From IMG/VR virus record IMGVR_UViG_3300046739_000367, positions 1 to 60,776 of that record: DNA of 60,776 bases; one strand, written 5' to 3'. This DNA is from a virus (Duplodnaviria > Caudoviricetes). Under the pieces are notes generated by a model. The model saw only the letters and a list, made by a program, of their open reading frames with translations. It was not told the origin of the DNA and searched no databases. Below, piece by piece: positions 25,962 through 34,489 of this stretch. The translations under genes were made by a program, and so were the position numbers. The stretch's first letter is position 1. Every line of letters begins with the position of its first letter.

Positions 25962-28611
25962 GCTGCTTGATCTTCTCCGGGTTCTTCGACTTGCACATCG
26001 CCCAGTCGGTACCAGCGTGAAGGTCCGCAGGGCAGAACCAGCCGTTCGGGTAGTGCTTCCGTACGTTCTCCGGGTGGTCGCTGAAGTTGACGATCAGGTC
26101 CCAAGGCTGTTGCATGACCGTCTTGATGCAGAGGGCGGCTTCCTTGACGACGTCCTTGTGACAGTGGACGACGACTTCGTCGTGAACCGTCAAGACGAGA
26201 TCCGCACCCTTCGGCAGCTGTTGGTCGAGCTGGATGACTTCTTCGTACATCATATCGGCTGCAGTCGATGACGGAGGGAAGTTGTAGATCTCCGTGATCT
26301 CCCTGGTGTACCACCAACGGCGCCGCATGAACGGATTGGCCAGGTACTGCTGCTTCTTCACGAGCTCCGGGAGACGCTCACGCCACTCGCCGAAGACCTT
26401 GAACCGTGCGAAGAAGTTCCGGATGAACGTTTCGACGTCGGTGAATGGGAGGTTATTCCCAGCCGCAATGCTAGCCGCTCCCCGACCGTAAGCGAGGCCG
26501 TAAACGATGAACTTCGTGAGGTCGCGCTGGGCCTTCGTGACCGAGGCGATAGGGACGCCGAACGCCTCAGCATACGATGCTTTGTGTATGTCAGCCCCGC
26601 TCGCGAGTAGCTCCAAGCCCACAGGGTCGCCAGACAGCACCATCGAGTTGCGCCATTCAATCTGAGAGGAGTCGGCGCTGAGGAGAACGTATTCGTCAGA
26701 ATCCGGGATCCACATATCCCGCATCTGCTCGGGCACGTTTTGAGCGTTCGGGTCCCAACCGTTGAATCGGCCATTGGCTGCCTTGCTCACTCCGAATTTG
26801 GGGTGCAAGCGTCCGAGCTCGAGGCCACGTCGGACGTATGTACTGTTCATCTTGTCCATGTGACGGATGTTCACGATGGACATCAGGATCGCGTTCTCGG
26901 GGGCGATCTGCGAGAGCCGTTCGATCGCGTCTTTGTCAGTCGTCGGGACCCGCCCCCGCTTCTTGTCGATCTTGTACTGGACGGGTAGGCCGAGCTTGTC
27001 GTAGAGGAGCGCCTTCAGCTGTTGGGGAGAATTCAGGTTGAGGAAGGGATCGCCCAGTCCCTCCTTCAAGACCTGCTCTTGTCGCCGGGCTTCCCGCTCG
27101 AGGACGATGCTCCAGCGGGCGGCTCGGTCTTCGTGGATCCGAACGCCTCGTGTGGTCATCTTCCGCAAGGGCCTGTGCACGGGAAGTACATGCTTGTAGT
27201 ACAGGTCGTACATTCCGTACGAGATCAGCTCCTGCTTCAGGCCCTGAGGGCCGTAGGCCGAACGGTCCGTCGCGATGACGTCAAAGCCACAGACTCCGCG
27301 CTTGTCGTTGCGATAGTTTTCCTTCGACTTCCAGTATTCGAGGTCTGTGTAATTCGACGCGATAAACGCGAGGTCTTTTTCCGTGCCCCGCGCTCCAGCA
27401 TAGGACCCTGAGTTCTGTGACGACACACTCACCTGTCCATAGGAGCTGTTGCACAGGTGCATCACGACCATCGTGTCGAAGATACGTTCGTCCCACCTTA
27501 CCTTTCGCCCCTTCGCTTCCGCATACGGGATGTCGAAGTAGAGTATGTTCTGACCGCAGATCTCGATGTCAGGGTCTGCAAAAACCTCATCGAAGAGCTG
27601 CTGAGCACCAAGGGTCCAATCGTACACGAAAGCTTTCTCTGGCTCCCCGACAAAACCGCACATTTCAATACCACTGGAGTCCGGTTCGAGACCAGTAGTT
27701 TCGAAGTCGAACGTGATGGCTCCCCGTCTTCGAGCAGCACTGAGCAGAGTCTCTCGAGTTCCCCCAAGGCTTGCCTGTCGGTCAACGACGAACGGTATAC
27801 GACGGATTTCCGGATACGAGCTCTCAACTTTCGCGCGCGCCAGGTCGTGGACGGCGAAGGCCCAGTTGTGCTGGCTCCGCATGATGAAGGCGGGGTGCCA
27901 GGTTGGGAAGACTTTGTATCGGTCTTCAACAAGGCCTGCGCCGCTGGCGACTGGAGGAGTGTTTCCCTTGCTTCCTTCACCTTCTGAGCGCTGTCCAGAT
28001 CCCCCATCAGAATGTTGCCGTCGCGGTCCGGAGGTAGGGACTCCTCGGTAGATCCCGATCTTCTTCTTCCCTGTGAGCGTTTCGAGGGCCGTGTCCCCCG
28101 CGGCGATGATGACGTTCGGGTCGACATCTTCGAGCTCCTCTAGGAGGAAGTGCGCGCAGCACGCGATTTCGTATTGCGTCGGCTTACGGTTGCCCGGCGG
28201 TCTGCACCGCACGCAGTTGGAGGTAAAAAGATGTACGTCCTTGTGCAGTCCGGCGTGTGCAAGCAGAGCGTTGCGGATGCGCCCCGATCCTCCAACAAAC
28301 GGAGCCATCCTCTCAGGTCGAAATCCGACGGTACTCGTGACAGGCTCACCGTCGCCGCGTACACGGAGGACGACTTGCATGTTCGCACGGGCGAACCCGT
28401 GCCTGTCCTCGTTGAACCAGATCGGCGTGTCAACTTCTTCGGCACCAGGTCCCTCCCCTAAGTAGAAGATACTTGCGTTGCGATTCCCGTGGCCCTTGAC
28501 CATCCCCGGTTCTTTGAACAGAGTACATCGCCGACACTCATCCGGCTTACCGAACGGATTGTCTTCGACCGGGTCGACCTCGACTCTTGCATTCTGGACA
28601 ACGTCGCTCAT
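25924..28611 (-). CDS. polA: family A DNA polymerase with an N-terminal family-4 uracil-DNA-glycosylase-like domain and a 3'-5' exonuclease
   Basis: UDG: CRRC, GEGPG, PFVGGSG, NCVRCRPPGNRKP, TWHPAF. Exo: FDFET, QNILYFD. Pol: ADSSQIEWR, R..TKFIVYGLAYG, TVHDE. Confidence 0.92.
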   Translation of the reverse strand: MSDVVQNARVEVDPVEDNPFGKPDECRRCTLFKEPGMVKGHGNRNASIFYLGEGPGAEEVDTPIWFNEDRHGFARANMQVVLRVRGDGEPVTSTVGFRPERMAPFVGGSGRIRNALLAHAGLHKDVHLFTSNCVRCRPPGNRKPTQYEIACCAHFLLEELEDVDPNVIIAAGDTALETLTGKKKIGIYRGVPTSGPRRQHSDGGSGQRSEGEGSKGNTPPVASGAGLVEDRYKVFPTWHPAFIMRSQHNWAFAVHDLARAKVESSYPEIRRIPFVVDRQASLGGTRETLLSAARRRGAITFDFETTGLEPDSSGIEMCGFVGEPEKAFVYDWTLGAQQLFDEVFADPDIEICGQNILYFDIPYAEAKGRKVRWDERIFDTMVVMHLCNSSYGQVSVSSQNSGSYAGARGTEKDLAFIASNYTDLEYWKSKENYRNDKRGVCGFDVIATDRSAYGPQGLKQELISYGMYDLYYKHVLPVHRPLRKMTTRGVRIHEDRAARWSIVLEREARRQEQVLKEGLGDPFLNLNSPQQLKALLYDKLGLPVQYKIDKKRGRVPTTDKDAIERLSQIAPENAILMSIVNIRHMDKMNSTYVRRGLELGRLHPKFGVSKAANGRFNGWDPNAQNVPEQMRDMWIPDSDEYVLLSADSSQIEWRNSMVLSGDPVGLELLASGADIHKASYAEAFGVPIASVTKAQRDLTKFIVYGLAYGRGAASIAAGNNLPFTDVETFIRNFFARFKVFGEWRERLPELVKKQQYLANPFMRRRWWYTREITEIYNFPPSSTAADMMYEEVIQLDQQLPKGADLVLTVHDEVVVHCHKDVVKEAALCIKTVMQQPWDLIVNFSDHPENVRKHYPNGWFCPADLHAGTDWAMCKSKNPEKIKQRDELEKYLGIAA

Positions 28612-28895
28612 GCTCCTGCGCTCCGAACGGCGTTGAGGATATCGTCACGGGTGTACCCGAGTTCCACGAGAGCCTCGTCGAACGTTTCGAGCGTGCAGGC
28701 GTGGCCGTTCATTACGGTCGAGAGCAGGCCTCGGGCGTAGTCCGGAGGAACGTCGACCTCGTGAATCTGCGGCGAGGAACCTCCTCGCGTAAACGACCAC
28801 ACCGTCGCGGTGAAGTCGGGATGCTCCCAGACGTCGGTCTGAGTCCCGATGTATTTGTACGAACGGTAGACGGCGAGAGTATGCCAGCGTTCCAT
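28608..28895 (-). CDS. hypothetical protein
   Basis: Fills the gap, coupled to polA. Confidence 0.55.
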   Translation of the reverse strand: MERWHTLAVYRSYKYIGTQTDVWEHPDFTATVWSFTRGGSSPQIHEVDVPPDYARGLLSTVMNGHACTLETFDEALVELGYTRDDILNAVRSAGA

Positions 28896-28896
28896 G

Positions 28897-29478
28897 TTAC
28901 ACCTGCCCTACGATATGGAGGAATTCCATGCGAGCAGCCGGGTTCAGCAGGAAGACGCCTTTCATCACGTCCGTGACGACGTCTCCATCGGACTCGACCC
29001 CGCGGAAGCGCATGCACCCGTGAACCCCGGAGAGGATGACGCCGACGCCCTTCGGCTCCAGGACACGGTCAAGGGATTCGGCGACGGCTGCGGCGAGGTC
29101 CTCCTGGAGCATCGGCTGCCAGAGTTGCTCTTCGACGACGCGGGCGAGCTTGGAGATTCCCAGCGTCTTCTTGTGTGGGATGTACCCGACGAAGCACTTG
29201 ATCTCGACGGGCTGAAGGTGGTGCGGGCAGATCGCGACGACCTTGTGATTGCGGAGCACGACGAGATCCGAGCTCCGTGAGGGAAACGTCGCCCAGTTGT
29301 TCGGCTGGGGAGTCAGCATCTCGGAGAACATTCGCGCTACGCGCTCCGGCGTTCCCACGTAATTCGGGTCTTTCAGGTCGCAGCCCATTCCTTCGAGGAG
29401 GGTGCGAACGCCCTTCGCCATCTTCACGATGTCGCGGTGAGGCGGATGTGGATTGTCAGTTGCACGACGATTACGCAT
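28897..29478 (-). CDS. folE: GTP cyclohydrolase I
   Basis: TPERVARM, CPHHL, GISKLAR, LQE, HGCM..RG; start moved to the ATG at 29478. Confidence 0.93.
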   Translation of the reverse strand: MRNRRATDNPHPPHRDIVKMAKGVRTLLEGMGCDLKDPNYVGTPERVARMFSEMLTPQPNNWATFPSRSSDLVVLRNHKVVAICPHHLQPVEIKCFVGYIPHKKTLGISKLARVVEEQLWQPMLQEDLAAAVAESLDRVLEPKGVGVILSGVHGCMRFRGVESDGDVVTDVMKGVFLLNPAARMEFLHIVGQV

Positions 29479-29965
29479 CAAAGGGTTCCTTTCGGGCGAC
29501 GGCGCGGATATCTTCTCCGCGAACTTCGATCTCGAGGATGTGAAATTCGGAGAGCCAGCTCGCGAGATCGGTTGCGCTGACGTTCCGGTAGAACTCGTTC
29601 TCTCGAAGGCCTCCGCCGTTGAAGGCGCTGTGCGGAGCACGTGCGAGGCCAGCTGCAGTAACGATGAAGTAACCTCCGGGTTTGAGAATCCTGAACACAT
29701 TGTGACATATGGCTTCTGCGAGGGGCGTGTGCTCGAAGACCTCGCAGCAGACGATGACTTCGGGAGGGGTCGGCGGCGTATACGTGCTGCCGCAGGCGAC
29801 GGTGTCGACGTACGCTCCGGGGAGGATGTCGATTCCATACGTCGTCGTGAAGAGGTCTCGGATCGTCCCGTTGATGAGACGGGAGCCGATCTCGAGCATC
29901 GGGAGGTAGCGGAGCTTGTACCGTTGGACGGACGCGTGGACGTAGTCATATGCTGCTGGATGCAT
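29471..29965 (-). CDS. class I SAM-dependent methyltransferase
   Basis: LEIGS, YGIDI, VD, CEVFEH, ILKPGG. Confidence 0.85.
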   Translation of the reverse strand: MHPAAYDYVHASVQRYKLRYLPMLEIGSRLINGTIRDLFTTTYGIDILPGAYVDTVACGSTYTPPTPPEVIVCCEVFEHTPLAEAICHNVFRILKPGGYFIVTAAGLARAPHSAFNGGGLRENEFYRNVSATDLASWLSEFHILEIEVRGEDIRAVARKEPFDA

Positions 29966-29967
29966 GA

Positions 29968-30174
29968 TTACTCCGGGACGACGGATGGAGCGTCGTCGAA
30001 CTGAATCGTGACAACTGCGGTTTCGGACCCTTCAGACGTGTCCAACTCGACGACTTTGCAATCCCACGAGAGGATGTGCTTGCGGGAGAGTGCCTTCGCA
30101 AACATGACGAGGTCTTCGGCTGCGTCCGGCTCATCCCGGTGGAGCACGACTTGGATTCGGGGCCCGCGAGTCAT
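29968..30174 (-). CDS. hypothetical protein
   Basis: AAGGAG RBS, MTRGPRIQ start. Confidence 0.5.
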   Translation of the reverse strand: MTRGPRIQVVLHRDEPDAAEDLVMFAKALSRKHILSWDCKVVELDTSEGSETAVVTIQFDDAPSVVPE

Positions 30175-30410
30175 TTCGTCTCCTTGATGTTCGGCGGGAG
30201 GAGCATAGCGTTTAGTGTGTTCTCCCGTAGCGTCAGAATGTACGCGTTTGTGTGAAGGTACCACGTATCGGTCTTCGGGTCGTAGACGGAAAGTCCCGGA
30301 GCCGTCTCTCCGTTGATCCGGATCGAGTCTCCAGGCCGACGGAAGTGGAGAGCCGTCTCGAGGAGAGTCGACTCTGGTCCGACCGGTGGGACGCGACCCG
30401 GATACATCAT
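30171..30410 (-). CDS. hypothetical protein
   Basis: Coupled ORF. Confidence 0.5.
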   Translation of the reverse strand: MMYPGRVPPVGPESTLLETALHFRRPGDSIRINGETAPGLSVYDPKTDTWYLHTNAYILTLRENTLNAMLLPPNIKETK

Positions 30411-30586
30411 GGTTTCACCCGGACGACTACACGAAGCGGCTTCCAGACTTCAAGACCACCTCCGCGTCGGAGACACTCGAGTCGGGCTTCATGCTCCGCC
30501 CAGTAGAGCTGAAGGTTCGAGTCTCCCTGATGCCAGCTGGCAGAAGGAATGTGGTAGATCGTCCACATGATCTTGGTATCTTCCAC
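30407..30586 (-). CDS. hypothetical protein (59 aa; not in the ORF track)
   Basis: GTG start overlapping the queE stop; reads EDTKIMWTIYHIPS...RVKP and fills the gap. Confidence 0.45.
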   Translation of the reverse strand: MEDTKIMWTIYHIPSASWHQGDSNLQLYWAEHEARLECLRRGGGLEVWKPLRVVVRVKP

Positions 30587-31329
30587 TACTGCACCTTCAG
30601 GATCTTATGCAGTTGAGTGGAGATCCTCAACTGCGGGTATTCCCGGATGAGATCGAGTACGTACATGAGGTTGTTCTTGTCGATCTCGACCTTCCCGTTC
30701 CGGGGTTGGAGGAAGACGACCTTGCCGGCGTCCGCCCAGCGGAGAGCGTCGGTGATGTTAGGCCACCGGAAACTGTCCCGTACTGCAAGAGGATGAATCT
30801 TATGATACGCTTCTCCTGCTGTCCGCTGAGCATCACGTTCCAGTGCTGTAGAACGTGTGGCAACGAGGCTGGCGTCTGTACCCAACCCGGGAACGATCAC
30901 CTTGACTTCGTCGGCGTCGGTGATCATCTGTTCGAGGAAACCAGGTTTCGGAGAGACGCAGATCCAAGGGCGGCGGATCGCGGAGCCGATGTAGAAGTAG
31001 TCGGGCATCGGTTTGGTGCCGCTCGTTTCGATGTGGACCATTACTCCGTTCTTCGTCATAAGCTCGTACAGTTCCTGGAGATCCTGGTCGAAGGGTTCGC
31101 CGCCCGTGAGGCAGACGTGACCGTAAGGCTTCGCCCATCGAACGAGTTCGTGAGCAGAGAACTCACCGCCCCCTCTCCAGTTCAGCATCGTGTCGAAGTC
31201 GGTGTCGCAGTGCTGGCAGATGGTCTTCCCGACGCTGCATCCGACGAACCGGATGAAAGCCATCGGGGTTCCCGTGTAGATCCCTTCGCCCTGAGGGCTC
31301 TTAAACTTCTCGGCGATTCGGTATGTCAT
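30586..31329 (-). CDS. queE: 7-carboxy-7-deazaguanine synthase (radical SAM)
   Basis: FKSPQGEG..TG.P..FIRF.GC, CQHCDT, LTGGEP, IETSG, VSPK, LQP, QLHK. Confidence 0.92.
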   Translation of the reverse strand: MTYRIAEKFKSPQGEGIYTGTPMAFIRFVGCSVGKTICQHCDTDFDTMLNWRGGGEFSAHELVRWAKPYGHVCLTGGEPFDQDLQELYELMTKNGVMVHIETSGTKPMPDYFYIGSAIRRPWICVSPKPGFLEQMITDADEVKVIVPGLGTDASLVATRSTALERDAQRTAGEAYHKIHPLAVRDSFRWPNITDALRWADAGKVVFLQPRNGKVEIDKNNLMYVLDLIREYPQLRISTQLHKILKVQ

Positions 31330-31524
31330 GATGCTCCAATCGTGAACGTGTTCGTCCGAGGCGGCGTGCGTCGTATGCTGCACGCATTCCACCTCGCCAG
31401 ATTCGGATAACGGCTTCCGTCGTACCGTAGGTCCGTTCAAGCTCGTAGAACTTCTGCGTAAGCGCCTCTCGCCACCGAAGGTAGCCGTTAGCCTTACGCC
31501 TCTCAAACTTCCCGCGCGGCACGG

Positions 31525-31962
31525 CTAGTTGGCGATGGCGGAGCCGTTGGGAGTCTCCCATACGCGGACGCCTTCGACGACCGGGTCGAACACGCCGAGT
31601 GCCGGGAACTCGATGCGAAGCAGGCGGAGGAGTTCTGCCGCGATGTTCTCCGCAGTCGGCATGAACGGGACGCAGACGATTCCGACGATTTCATTCGGAA
31701 GGATCCGGACTGCCCCTGCGAGCGGGTCCTCGTTATAGAGCATCGTCTTGTGGTCCCATTCATCGTCCACGATCTTCTTGAGCGCGGCCTTCAGCTCGTA
31801 GAAGTCGACGACCATCCCCGTCGCAGGCCCTTCCTTCTGGATGGGTCCGGTAAGGTGGATTTCTGCGACGTAGCGGTGACCGTGCAGCCTGCGGCACTTG
31901 CCCTGGTGCAGTGGGAGACGATGCCCCATGTCCCATTCGTGACGGTAGACCAGGCGGCTCAT
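31525..31962 (-). CDS. queD: 6-carboxytetrahydropterin synthase
   Basis: GHRL...CRRLHGHRY, GMVVDF, DH, PTAEN, VWETP. Confidence 0.93.
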   Translation of the reverse strand: MSRLVYRHEWDMGHRLPLHQGKCRRLHGHRYVAEIHLTGPIQKEGPATGMVVDFYELKAALKKIVDDEWDHKTMLYNEDPLAGAVRILPNEIVGIVCVPFMPTAENIAAELLRLLRIEFPALGVFDPVVEGVRVWETPNGSAIAN

Positions 31963-32147
31963 GATGCCTTCTCCTTCGCTGAGAGCAGACGACGAAGCTT
32001 GTCGTCGAGGTCGGTTGTCGCCTGCGTGATCGCGAGGCGGATGTCGTCCTTGTGCTTCTCGAGGAACTGTGCCCCGAGAGGTGAGCATTCGTTGATGTGG
32101 ATGGTGACGTCGACTCCTGTCCCCATCACGTATCGTTGTGCTTTCAT
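31959..32147 (-). CDS. hypothetical protein
   Basis: Coupled on both sides. Confidence 0.5.
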   Translation of the reverse strand: MKAQRYVMGTGVDVTIHINECSPLGAQFLEKHKDDIRLAITQATTDLDDKLRRLLSAKEKAS

Positions 32148-32488
32148 TTCGAGCCTCCATTCGGCGCCGTACGCAGTCGCCTGAGGAGTGCGACGTAGTC
32201 GACGTAGTTGTGAATGTCTACGACAGTATCATCAAACGACTCTCCGACCGTAGCCGGGTCCGCGTCGACGAGGGAGATCAACCTCATGAACTTGTCCGAG
32301 AGACGGACGAGAATCCCATGTTCCGCAGTCGGCGTGATCCCGAGGAGCTTGCACACTTGCAGGTTGAACAGGGTGTCCCCATCCATCTGCTGTTTGCGAT
32401 TATAGTCATGCCCCTTCGACTTGATCAGGGCGGTAGACCTCTCGTACATCTCCTGCCTGAACTTCACGACTTCGTCAATTGTCGGCAT
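32144..32488 (-). CDS. DUF1599 / nucleotide-modification-associated all-alpha (MazG-like) protein
   Basis: K.HDY ... VRLSDK..RL ... ESFDDT..D..NY. Confidence 0.7.
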   Translation of the reverse strand: MPTIDEVVKFRQEMYERSTALIKSKGHDYNRKQQMDGDTLFNLQVCKLLGITPTAEHGILVRLSDKFMRLISLVDADPATVGESFDDTVVDIHNYVDYVALLRRLRTAPNGGSK

Positions 32489-32524
32489 ATGTGCTCCTAC
32501 CGTAGTCCTAAGCCGCTGCAACTC

Positions 32525-32700
32525 TCTAGAGACGGCACCTGATGGCTTTCGCCGTTATGTCAGGTCGTTGGGGAATGTCCCTCTTGTATCTGACGGTGCC
32601 GTCTCTACAAAGTGCCGGGGAGTAACGCCCCCCGGCTTCACGCTGATGACCATTCCGAGCCTCGCTAAAGTCCAGCTAACGCTCCGACATCATCAGAGCT
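32525..32700 (-). ncRNA. candidate structured RNA in the SSB-DUF1599 intergenic region
   Basis: 13-bp perfect stem (32527-39/32595-607) enclosing sub-helices and a GAAA tetraloop, plus two more hairpins; G-U pairs favour the minus strand. Confidence 0.5.
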
Positions 32701-32706
32701 TGACGC

Positions 32707-33129
32707 CTACGCCTCGATCGCCTGGTAGCGACCGATACGGTTGCGCTCCGGGTACGTCTTCCCGGTCGCCTCGTCCTTCCGCTCCTTCTCGATGCCGACG
32801 ACGGCTGCCACTTCACGCTGAAGCAGCTGGTCGCTGTCCTCGAGGACGTAGTCGGCGTCTTCGCCCGACGCTTCGAGCAGCTGGCGCGTGCGGAACGCGC
32901 CATCGCCCGTGAGCATGAGGTTGTCGAAGACCTTCCGGCCGACGAACTCTTCGGCCTCGGCGGGACCGAAGACGGTGAGCGTGCACTCGATCATCGGAGT
33001 CTTCTTCTCCTTCGACTCCTTGTACACGGCCTTGTCGACGCGCAGGTGGTACACACCTTCCGGGATCGGCTTTCCGCCTTCCGGGAGGTCGCCGACGCGC
33101 TGCTGATGCTGCTGAGGAATCTGAACCAT
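32707..33129 (-). CDS. single-stranded DNA-binding protein (DUF669-like)
   Basis: PIPEGVY.L.V.KA..KESK...PM...GRKVFDNL. Confidence 0.75.
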   Translation of the reverse strand: MVQIPQQHQQRVGDLPEGGKPIPEGVYHLRVDKAVYKESKEKKTPMIECTLTVFGPAEAEEFVGRKVFDNLMLTGDGAFRTRQLLEASGEDADYVLEDSDQLLQREVAAVVGIEKERKDEATGKTYPERNRIGRYQAIEA

Positions 33130-33131
33130 GT

Positions 33132-33983
33132 CTACTTCTTCTCCTGTGCTTGCTGCACTGCGGGCTTGTTACCCGCCTGTGGTTTCTCCGGTACGAGGGC
33201 GGTGTACGCCGAACGATCCCCGGTCATGTACCGGATGAGTGCCGGGATGTCGTTGTTGCACTCGCGAGGAAGTGGAGGGAAGCCTGACGGCGTCCTCACT
33301 CCGCACGGTGTGTTACCTTCGGCTTGCGTGATCATCCGGTACCTGCCGGCGACTACGCGAAGCCGAATCGTTGCGTCGGGCCAACCTGGGACTTCTCGCG
33401 GGAGTTTCTGGCCAGGGAGCTCCGGAGCGGCGAAGAACGGAATTTCTTCCCCATTACCGAAGATCCCCTCACGGGCGATGACGTACACGTGACCGTGGAG
33501 AGCGAACAGTTCCTTGTACAGCTGTCGCCCCTTTTCTGCGAGGTATCCGTACGCGGAGCGAGGGTCTTTGGAGCTGGCCGGCGTAGCCAGGTCTCCCCAA
33601 CCCTTGATCTCGACGAAGCGATCGAGAGGCCAGTCTCCCCACTGGGTGATGCTGTCGAGAACGGCCATACCGAATTCGGTCTGCTCGTACTCGATCTTCC
33701 CAGGTTTGCGTTGCATCTCTTTCAGGACTTCGATGATCTCCGCGTGGCTGGTCACCTTGATGAATGCGATCGGTGAGGACGCCAACGAGAGCAGACCGGA
33801 GGTTTCGCCGAGCTCTGTTGCGATGATGACCGGGTTCAAGCCGGCTTCGTGACACCGTTCGACTGAACGAGTCTTCCCTCCACGGGCAGGGCCGTAACCG
33901 AGTATCGTCGCGTAGCTCGCCTTCAGCTCGTTTGTTCGCTGAAGCCTGGGGAGGCTCCCCTTCGTTGTAACTCCGGTTGCCAT
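33132..33983 (-). CDS. AAA_24 / Sak4-like ATPase (recombination)
   Basis: YGPARGGKT Walker A, VLDSIT Walker B; between SSB and exonuclease. Confidence 0.8.
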   Translation of the reverse strand: MATGVTTKGSLPRLQRTNELKASYATILGYGPARGGKTRSVERCHEAGLNPVIIATELGETSGLLSLASSPIAFIKVTSHAEIIEVLKEMQRKPGKIEYEQTEFGMAVLDSITQWGDWPLDRFVEIKGWGDLATPASSKDPRSAYGYLAEKGRQLYKELFALHGHVYVIAREGIFGNGEEIPFFAAPELPGQKLPREVPGWPDATIRLRVVAGRYRMITQAEGNTPCGVRTPSGFPPLPRECNNDIPALIRYMTGDRSAYTALVPEKPQAGNKPAVQQAQEKK

Positions 33984-33986
33984 GCG

Positions 33987-34199
33987 TTAGCCCTCCGACC
34001 CGGACGAGCCTTCGTTGCCTTCGGCGTTCTCGTCCTCGACGTCGGCCTCGTCTTCTTCCAGACCGTCGACGAAGTCCTTGAGGGCTTCGCCCGCGGGCCC
34101 GAAGTCGACGTTGCCGTCCGCGTCGGTGCCGCCCGCTTCCACGAACTCGGGGGACTCGACGTATTCCTTGATCTCCTGAAGCAGTTCTTCTTTCGTCAC
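33987..34199 (-). CDS. small highly acidic protein
   Basis: AGGAGG RBS + GTG; about one third Asp/Glu. Confidence 0.65.
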   Translation of the reverse strand: MTKEELLQEIKEYVESPEFVEAGGTDADGNVDFGPAGEALKDFVDGLEEDEADVEDENAEGNEGSSGSEG

Positions 34200-34216
34200 T
34201 CTGACCTCCTGAACGG

Positions 34217-34489
34217 TTAACGAACGCGGTGTACGAGCCTTCGCTCTCTCCTTTCCCAAGCGATGCGGGCCGGGCTGTAATCGGAGACGTCGCGGTGGTC
34301 CTGCAGACGCCATTCGATATACGCCCGGGCGAGCTCTCGCTTGATGAGATCCGGGTAGATGGATCCAGGGATCATCGGCTTGTGACCGACACGGTCCCAG
34401 GGGTAGGCGTCGTCGTTGTGCCGAGCGAGGAGCTCCATGAGGCCTTCAGGCGACACGGGTGAACTCCTCGATGAGTTTCGTGTGGGCAT
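34217..34489 (-). CDS. hypothetical protein (true start probably near 34438)
   Basis: ORF in operon orientation. Confidence 0.4.
   Translation of the reverse strand: MPTRNSSRSSPVSPEGLMELLARHNDDAYPWDRVGHKPMIPGSIYPDLIKRELARAYIEWRLQDHRDVSDYSPARIAWERRERRLVHRVR

Noticed and set aside
27900-28460. Intein or intron in the polymerase
   Set aside because: The insertions are short, in frame, and lack intein splice motifs (C/S...HN-C/S/T).
28897-29949. Long N-terminal extensions on FolE, QueE, QueD, QueC and NADAR in the ORF track
   Set aside because: The extensions overlap upstream genes in other frames, and conserved sequence begins at downstream starts.
32643-32696. CUGAUGA as a hammerhead ribozyme core
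   Set aside because: The CUGAUGA is paired in a stem, and the GAAA and cleavage triplet are not arranged as a hammerhead requires.
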